The translations under genes and the position numbers were made by a program. Positions 1-4,904 of a stretch of 10,580 bases of DNA are shown piece by piece. The DNA is from Nanobdellota archaeon (GTDB lineage: Archaea > Nanobdellota > Nanobdellia > Nanobdellales > Nanobdellaceae): assembly GCA_020697515.1 (NCBI GenBank), contig JAIXNB010000047.1, forward strand, positions 1-10,580. Direction: 5' to 3'. The first letter of the stretch is position 1; each line of letters opens with the position of its first letter. A model generated the notes under the pieces. It was not told where the DNA came from, did not search any database, and worked only from the letters and a program-made list of their open reading frames with translations.

Positions 1-246
1 TAATTTTTATTACTGCTCTCCCCTATAAAAAATTATTTAGAAAATAAACAGTAATATTCATCTACCTTGAGAAGCTCTTCCGTTCTGTCTGTACACAGAC
101 TTCATCGGGGTGTTCTAAGTGATACCTCTACATTCCGACTTTTTAAATGATACTAAAATTTGGAAACGGTTTTTGAACTCTTTATTAATTTAAATCAAAT
201 AATATATGGGAACAATATCTTACATCTTTAAATGGGACTCTAAAAG

Positions 247-257
247 TTTAATATATT
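247..257 (+). promoter_or_regulatory. TATA-box-like element (tttaatatatt) upstream of PCNA
   Basis: The A/T element is centred about 23 nt upstream of the ATG at 275. The same spacing recurs at other genes in this window, which is consistent with leaderless archaeal transcripts. Confidence 0.4.
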
Positions 258-274
258 GCTCCTATTAGTTATTT

Positions 275-1021
275 ATGAGAGCAGTATTCCCTCAGGCTAA
301 AGAACTAAAGAACTTGATTGCAGCAACAGTAGCATTTCTATCAGAAGGAACATTCAAAGCAACAGAAGATGGCATTCATTTGGCTTCGCTAGATCCTTCT
401 AATGTTGCCATAATAATTCTGGACCTCTACCAGGATGCTTTCCTGGATTATTCTATAGAAAGAGAAGAGATGTTTACGATAAGCTTAGAAGATGTTAAAA
501 AAATATTAGCAAAAGCCAAAGCAAGAGAGCAGATTATATGGGAACTTGATAAAGAAAGAAATAGGTTTATTCTTATTATAAAGGGAAAGGCGACTAAGAA
601 ATTTATATTACCTCTTATAGAATCTGAAAGTGAGCCTATGCAGACCCCTAATTTAGATCTACCAATACAGATAGAAATGGATGCAAGAGCATTCAAAGAA
701 ATAATAGATTCTGCGAAAGTTGTAGCGGATGAAGTGAAATTCCTAGCAGATCCGGAAGGCCCCACATTCTCTATTATTGCAGAGGGAGAACTAAAAGAAA
801 TGCACATAGACCTAACCCCTCAAGACGAAACTGTATTGACTTTAGAGATACCCCAGAAAGCGGTAGCCAGATATTCTGTAGATTACTTACATAAGTTAAC
901 CAAGGTTGCCACCATTTCTGATACTGTAGTAATAAGATTTAATTCTAATATGCCGGTATGGTTTGATTACAAACTAGCTGACAGGTTTAAATATTCATTT
1001 ATACTCGCGCCAAGAGAATAA
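275..1021 (+). CDS. pcn: DNA polymerase sliding clamp (PCNA)
   Basis: The 248-aa ORF has an ATG start. Its length and full-length pattern are typical of archaeal PCNA (MRAVFPQAKELKNLI..., ...SLDPSNVAII..., ...ARYSVDYL..., C-terminal ...FILAPRE). Confidence 0.92.
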   Translation: MRAVFPQAKELKNLIAATVAFLSEGTFKATEDGIHLASLDPSNVAIIILDLYQDAFLDYSIEREEMFTISLEDVKKILAKAKAREQIIWELDKERNRFILIIKGKATKKFILPLIESESEPMQTPNLDLPIQIEMDARAFKEIIDSAKVVADEVKFLADPEGPTFSIIAEGELKEMHIDLTPQDETVLTLEIPQKAVARYSVDYLHKLTKVATISDTVVIRFNSNMPVWFDYKLADRFKYSFILAPRE

Positions 1022-1027
1022 TACCTG

Positions 1028-1528
1028 ATGGTATTTTATTTTTTTGAAATTATAAATATAATAGTAACTGTCCTGGTTGTTGGTTTGATATTTTCAAGAT
1101 CCTTTGATCAGAAAGAGATCACTTTGTGGATGAAGATTGCAGGCTTATCTATAATCCTCCATGAGCTAGCCCATAAGTTTGTTGCAATAAGTATGGGATA
1201 TTATGCTATTTATGAAGTCAGCATAACCGGTCTTCTAATAGGTCTATTCTTTAGGTTAATAGAGTCTCCAATAGTTCTCTTTATACCCGGTTACGTCAGA
1301 ATTATCGGAGATACAACTCCGCTATCTCTATCTGCTATAGCAATAGCGGGACCACTTACTAATCTTCTACTATACTTCCTAGGAAAAATATTATACCAGA
1401 AAAATGGTAAAGACTGCTATTATTTCCTATCTTATTTGAATTTATGGCTGTTTATCCTAAATATGTTGCCAGTTCCTCCTTTGGATGGATTCAAGTTTCT
1501 ATATGGTATGTATAAATTACTATTTTGA
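1028..1528 (+). CDS. Minimal site-2 protease family (peptidase M50) membrane metalloprotease
   Basis: The 166-aa polytopic membrane protein carries HExxH (ILHELAHKF) in a hydrophobic segment. It also has the second S2P signature NxxPxxxxDG (LNMLPVPPLDG). It starts 6 nt after the PCNA stop codon. Confidence 0.75.
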   Translation: MVFYFFEIINIIVTVLVVGLIFSRSFDQKEITLWMKIAGLSIILHELAHKFVAISMGYYAIYEVSITGLLIGLFFRLIESPIVLFIPGYVRIIGDTTPLSLSAIAIAGPLTNLLLYFLGKILYQKNGKDCYYFLSYLNLWLFILNMLPVPPLDGFKFLYGMYKLLF

Positions 1529-1580
1529 GTAAGGCATGTGCAGTAAAATAGTGTCGTTTCACGACAAAAGGAGCTCATTC

Positions 1581-1597
1581 CGAAAAGATTTTAAAAG
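1581..1597 (+). promoter_or_regulatory. BRE/TATA-like promoter (cgaaaag-attttaaaag) for the histone gene
   Basis: A purine-rich stretch is followed by a TATA-like box centred about 25 nt upstream of the ATG at 1618. No Shine-Dalgarno-like sequence lies in between. Confidence 0.5.
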
Positions 1598-1617
1598 AGA
1601 GCAAATACTAATTAGAT

Positions 1618-1866
1618 ATGGCAAGAGGAGAAAGAGGTATTCCTTTAGCTGCAGTTGAAAGAATCATAAAGAAAGTAGGTGAGAAACATGGCATAACAAG
1701 AGTATCAGATAAAGCAGTAAGATTATTGAAACAATATCTAGAAGAAATTGCACAAGAAATTGCCGGAGAAGCAGTAGCTTTGGCAACCCATGCGAAGAGG
1801 ACAACTATAAAAAGGGAAGACATAAAGTTAGCTGCAAAAGCTAAAGTAAAAGCATTACAAGCTTAA
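1618..1866 (+). CDS. Archaeal histone (HMf family histone fold)
   Basis: The 82-aa protein aligns by eye to HMfA/B, for example [12 protein letters not shown] and [45 protein letters not shown]. It has a short K/A-rich C-terminal tail. Confidence 0.9.
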   Translation: MARGERGIPLAAVERIIKKVGEKHGITRVSDKAVRLLKQYLEEIAQEIAGEAVALATHAKRTTIKREDIKLAAKAKVKALQA

Positions 1867-1875
1867 TTCACACAC

Positions 1876-1887
1876 TTTTTTATTTTT
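1876..1887 (+). terminator. Oligo-T tracts (T6, T5) downstream of the histone gene
   Basis: The sequence ttttttattttt begins 10 nt after the histone stop codon. Archaeal RNAP terminates at oligo-T tracts. Confidence 0.45.
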
Positions 1888-1909
1888 ATTTATATTAAGG
1901 ATTATAGTA

Positions 1910-2671
1910 TTACCTCTTTCTTCTGATTATAAATTCACTATAGGGATCATTCTTTAACTTACATTTAGTTTCTATAGCTTCCATATCTATACCCAACAAC
2001 CCAGATAAAAGACCTTCAAGTAAGCCTTCCAAAAAATAACATTTTGGTCTCTCCTTCAATTCCCTTATTGCATCCTTCAGATTCTCAAGTTCTTCTTCTT
2101 CTAGTGTAGTACTAAAGGTTATAATAACATCGGAAGTTCTTATATCGATAAATTTCTCTTCAATTTTTCCTAAACCCAACTTTTCTATAAAATCTATCAG
2201 ATAACTTAGTGTTTCTTCCTTGTATAATTTTTCTATACCTGAATACATTTTGTACGTGTTAGCTATATGTTCTCCTAATCGTTTTCCTAACTCTTTTATT
2301 GTCTTTAACCCTAATTTTTTGCCAACAATTAAATATAAATCCTGAATAAATTCTGTCGGTAATATTAGAAATTTTACATCTCCTATTTCATAGAAACCTT
2401 GATCGCTTAATCTTAAGAGTCTTGAAAGTTCTTTATCTCCAAAAATAACTTCTAATATTGTTATATCTTCATTTATGAACCAAACTTTAGCACGTCCAAC
2501 CGCTCTATAATCTATGAGACCTTTCTCTCTAAGTACATCAAGGTATTTTGAGAGTGTAACTCTGTTAATTTTGAGAATTCTTGACATCTCAGAAATAGTT
2601 AAACCATATGGATGTTGTTGTAGCACATCTAAAATCATTTTTTCGATCTTCGCTTTTTCTTCATCTCTCAT
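1910..2671 (-). CDS. Transcriptional regulator: N-terminal winged helix-turn-helix plus C-terminal V4R (4-vinyl reductase-like) domain
   Basis: The 253-aa ORF has an ATG start. The N-terminus is wHTH-like (GLTISEMSRILKINRVTLSKYLDVLREKGLIDYRAVGRAKVWFI). The C-terminus matches the V4R pattern (PKCYFLEGLLEGLLSGLLGIDMEAIETKCKLKNDPYSEFII), with the last conserved Cys replaced by Ser. Confidence 0.7.
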   Translation of the reverse strand: MRDEEKAKIEKMILDVLQQHPYGLTISEMSRILKINRVTLSKYLDVLREKGLIDYRAVGRAKVWFINEDITILEVIFGDKELSRLLRLSDQGFYEIGDVKFLILPTEFIQDLYLIVGKKLGLKTIKELGKRLGEHIANTYKMYSGIEKLYKEETLSYLIDFIEKLGLGKIEEKFIDIRTSDVIITFSTTLEEEELENLKDAIRELKERPKCYFLEGLLEGLLSGLLGIDMEAIETKCKLKNDPYSEFIIRRKR

Positions 2672-2684
2672 TTCAGAAATATTC

Positions 2685-2702
2685 TTTATAAATTTTTAAT
2701 AA
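2685..2702. promoter_or_regulatory. Back-to-back TATA elements in a 42-bp divergent intergenic region
   Basis: The palindromic tttataaa (2685-2692) is centred about 25 nt from the ATG at 2714 on the plus strand. The adjacent tttttaataa (2693-2702) reads ttattaaaaa on the minus strand and is centred about 26 nt from the ATG at 2671. Confidence 0.45.
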
Positions 2703-2713
2703 TCTTCTTACTT

Positions 2714-3346
2714 ATGAATCCTAGGATTAGATACTTTTTACTTATATCTATTCCGATATTAATAATATTCTCGTTATTTATATGTTTTGCTAAAAAAATC
2801 GTGTTAAAAAATCTTTTTCTACTCGATGATATCATGATTAGTGATAGATCGTCTGACGGTGTGTGTGTTACACAGTTGCAAAGTCTTGTAATCTATACTA
2901 ATTTTTGTCCAGAGGATGTAAATCATATTCCTCTAAACATATCTTACTCTGATGGAACAGAAATTAGGAAACTGTTCAATAGGACTATTATCTTCTTCGA
3001 TCCTAATGGAAAAGGTAATTATACTGTAGCTTTGCTTAATTTATTGTATGCTTTGCCAAAACAAGGAACATGGATAGTTTGTACATATTATAATCCAGGA
3101 TGTAGGCTGTATTTATATAATGAAACACAAAGCATATATATAATATATCCTACGAAACAAAATAACTCCTATATATTGTATTACAAAGTACCAAAAAACT
3201 CTTCTTTTGTTATACTCTTAAATCTTGGAAACACTACTAAGATTATACAAGAGGATTATAACCTAGTTCTGATCGAGGGTACAAATTCTACTATAAGAAA
3301 GGCTGTAGATAGATTTATATTTTGGTGGTATGGAATCTATAGTTAA
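2714..3346 (+). CDS. Hypothetical secreted or membrane-anchored protein, rich in N-glycosylation sequons
   Basis: The 210-aa ORF has an N-terminal hydrophobic anchor or signal (YFLLISIPILIIFSLFICFA). I counted 8 N-x-S/T sequons (NIS, NRT, NYT, NET, NNS, NSS, NTT, NST) and several Cys residues in the predicted ectodomain. I recognise no family. Confidence 0.6.
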   Translation: MNPRIRYFLLISIPILIIFSLFICFAKKIVLKNLFLLDDIMISDRSSDGVCVTQLQSLVIYTNFCPEDVNHIPLNISYSDGTEIRKLFNRTIIFFDPNGKGNYTVALLNLLYALPKQGTWIVCTYYNPGCRLYLYNETQSIYIIYPTKQNNSYILYYKVPKNSSFVILLNLGNTTKIIQEDYNLVLIEGTNSTIRKAVDRFIFWWYGIYS

Positions 3347-3791
3347 GGCAATTTTAAATTATCAATTTGGAAGAGGAGTAGGAGATAATGTACTAAAAAA
3401 CCATTCTATAAATATTGAGGTAAGTAAAAATACTGGAAGAATCAGAAGAGTATATGTTGATAAAGCGTATTTTGGAACAGTAAACGCCACTACAGGATTT
3501 ATTATACTTTCTTACAAAGGAGCAGAGATTGTGAAAAAATATTTACCTTTTCCCAAATATAGGGTAGTTATTGCTGATAATGCTATCCCTTTCGTAGAAC
3601 ATGGAAAATCTGTTTTTAATAAGTTTGTGCTAAAAGTAGATGAAAATATTCTACCAGGAGATATTGTTTTAGTTGTTGATAACAAAGATAACTTAATCGC
3701 TACAGGGGTTGCAGTTTTATCAGCTTTGGAGATGAAACAGTTTTCAGTAGGCGTAGCAGTTAAGATTAAAGATGCTAGAGCTTTTTATTAA
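3330..3791 (+). CDS. Stand-alone PUA-domain RNA-binding protein resembling the C-terminal (C2+PUA) module of archaeosine tRNA-guanine transglycosylase
   Basis: The 153-aa ORF has an N-terminal YQFGRG motif followed by NTGRIRRVYVD, as in the ArcTGT C2 region. The C-terminal part has a PUA pattern (ILPGDIVLVVDNKDNLIATGVAVLSALEMKQFSVGVAVKIK). It overlaps the upstream ORF by 17 nt. Confidence 0.72.
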   Translation: MESIVKAILNYQFGRGVGDNVLKNHSINIEVSKNTGRIRRVYVDKAYFGTVNATTGFIILSYKGAEIVKKYLPFPKYRVVIADNAIPFVEHGKSVFNKFVLKVDENILPGDIVLVVDNKDNLIATGVAVLSALEMKQFSVGVAVKIKDARAFY

Positions 3792-4308
3792 GGTAAATAT
3801 AGAGGATAAAAAAATAAGGAAGTTAGTAGGTGCTACAATATTTATTTGGAATTTAATAATCTATTCGATACCCTTAAACCTCCTTGAATATAGGATTATT
3901 AAAATCCCAGATAGTTTTTTAATATATTATACAAAAATAGTATATTATTTCTTAAAGGTACTCAACTTGAATGTAGACTTAGTTGATAACAATATTATAA
4001 CTCTAGATATAATCTTTTCCATTACACCAAATTGTATCGGATATAAATCTAGCCTCGGGATATTTGCGGTAATTATGGCGACTCCAACAAAAGATATCTT
4101 TAGCAGATTAAGGTGGGCTATAGCTCTAACAATTTTGACATTTGTTATAAACTTCTTTAGGGTTTCATCAACTATAATCCTTTTTTATTTTTTTAGAATA
4201 GATCCAGTATTCCTTCACAATGTCCTATGGGCAGCTTTATCATCAATAATTGTCTTAAGTATGTGGCTTTGGTTTGTCCGGAAGAATAAGAAAAATATGG
4301 TATATTAA
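3772..4308 (+). CDS. Archaeosortase/exosortase-family polytopic membrane protein (putative)
   Basis: The 178-aa multi-TM protein carries the three signature positions of the family in the correct order and spacing. These are Cys in ITPNCIGYKSSLG (CxG), Arg in INFFRVSS (NxxR) and His in FLHNVLW. It overlaps the PUA ORF by 20 nt. Confidence 0.55.
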   Translation: MLELFIKVNIEDKKIRKLVGATIFIWNLIIYSIPLNLLEYRIIKIPDSFLIYYTKIVYYFLKVLNLNVDLVDNNIITLDIIFSITPNCIGYKSSLGIFAVIMATPTKDIFSRLRWAIALTILTFVINFFRVSSTIILFYFFRIDPVFLHNVLWAALSSIIVLSMWLWFVRKNKKNMVY

Positions 4309-4317
4309 TAAAAACTA

Positions 4318-4593
4318 TTATTTATTTAATACCTCTTTTATTGATGAAATTAATTTCATAAACTTTCGGTATAAAAAATCATCAAGTTGTTCTATATATA
4401 TTGCTTCTTTATCTTTTACATAAATGCGCACAAAATCCTTTTCTCTTAATTTACTAATTCTAATATTGCTTATTTTATTCTTATACACTACCACATGCCC
4501 TTTTATATTTATTGATATAAACTTCAAGTCTATATCCTCAATGTAGCCATAGACTATTCCTTCATTGAGTTGTGAAAAATCTTCGTAGACCAT
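4318..4593 (-). CDS. Hypothetical 91-aa protein (beta-rich N-terminal part, helical C-terminus)
   Basis: The ORF has an ATG start and is the last gene of the minus-strand block. I recognise no family. The segment GIVYGYIEDIDLKFISINIKGHVVVY is vaguely OB-fold-like, which is weak evidence. Confidence 0.45.
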   Translation of the reverse strand: MVYEDFSQLNEGIVYGYIEDIDLKFISINIKGHVVVYKNKISNIRISKLREKDFVRIYVKDKEAIYIEQLDDFLYRKFMKLISSIKEVLNK

Positions 4594-4635
4594 AAAAATA
4601 AAACTTAAAACAAAAAGTTTATCCCAAAATTAATA

Positions 4636-4872
4636 TTAATAATAGTAGGTCCTAAGTACAACCTTTCCTAAGATTATACCTGATAGAAATATTACTCCTG
4701 CTGCAATTGGATCTTGCATAATGTATTCTATAAGTCCATTTATTCCATCTAAAGGTGTCCCGGTTTTTGTAAGAGAGTATCCAACTAATAGTGCAACAAC
4801 CAATATTATTCCAACAAGCAATCCGAAAGATCCTGCTCCATACCAGAATAAACCTTGACCTTTCTTATTCAT
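4636..4872 (-). CDS. Small membrane protein, 78 aa, two hydrophobic segments
   Basis: The ORF has an ATG start and begins MNKKGQ followed by a 25-30 aa hydrophobic stretch. A second hydrophobic segment sits at the extreme C-terminus and is followed by K..R. A TATA-like element lies about 27 nt upstream. Confidence 0.55.
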   Translation of the reverse strand: MNKKGQGLFWYGAGSFGLLVGIILVVALLVGYSLTKTGTPLDGINGLIEYIMQDPIAAGVIFLSGIILGKVVLRTYYY

Positions 4873-4893
4873 TTTATTACTTTAGGATCTTCA

Positions 4894-4903
4894 TTTAAAT
4901 AAA
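4894..4903 (-). promoter_or_regulatory. TATA-like element (minus strand tttatttaaa) for the 78-aa gene
   Basis: The element is centred about 27 nt upstream of the ATG at 4872 and lies directly next to the helicase stop codon (4905-4907). Confidence 0.4.
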
Positions 4904-4904
4904 C

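Noticed and set aside
448-807. 119-aa minus-strand ORF inside PCNA. Similar antisense ORFs occur at 1608-1823 (-), 2514-2699 (+), 6526-6849 (+), 6985-7170 (+), 8518-8841 (+), 8781-9167 (+) and 9984-10286 (+).
   Set aside because: Each lies entirely antisense to a confidently identified gene. Each has low-complexity S/I/L/F-rich composition typical of shadow ORFs in AT-rich coding DNA, and none resembles a recognisable family.
1552-1566. Small hairpin tgtcgt-ttc-acgaca downstream of the M50 protease gene.
   Set aside because: The stem is only 6 bp with a 3-nt loop, and archaeal termination does not require hairpins. It could be chance, so I did not call it as a feature.
4342-4382. TGATGA strings on both strands (ttgatgaaat at 4341-4350 on the plus strand; tcatca at 4377-4382, read on the minus strand).
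   Set aside because: They lie inside the 91-aa coding region and have no correctly spaced D or D' boxes.
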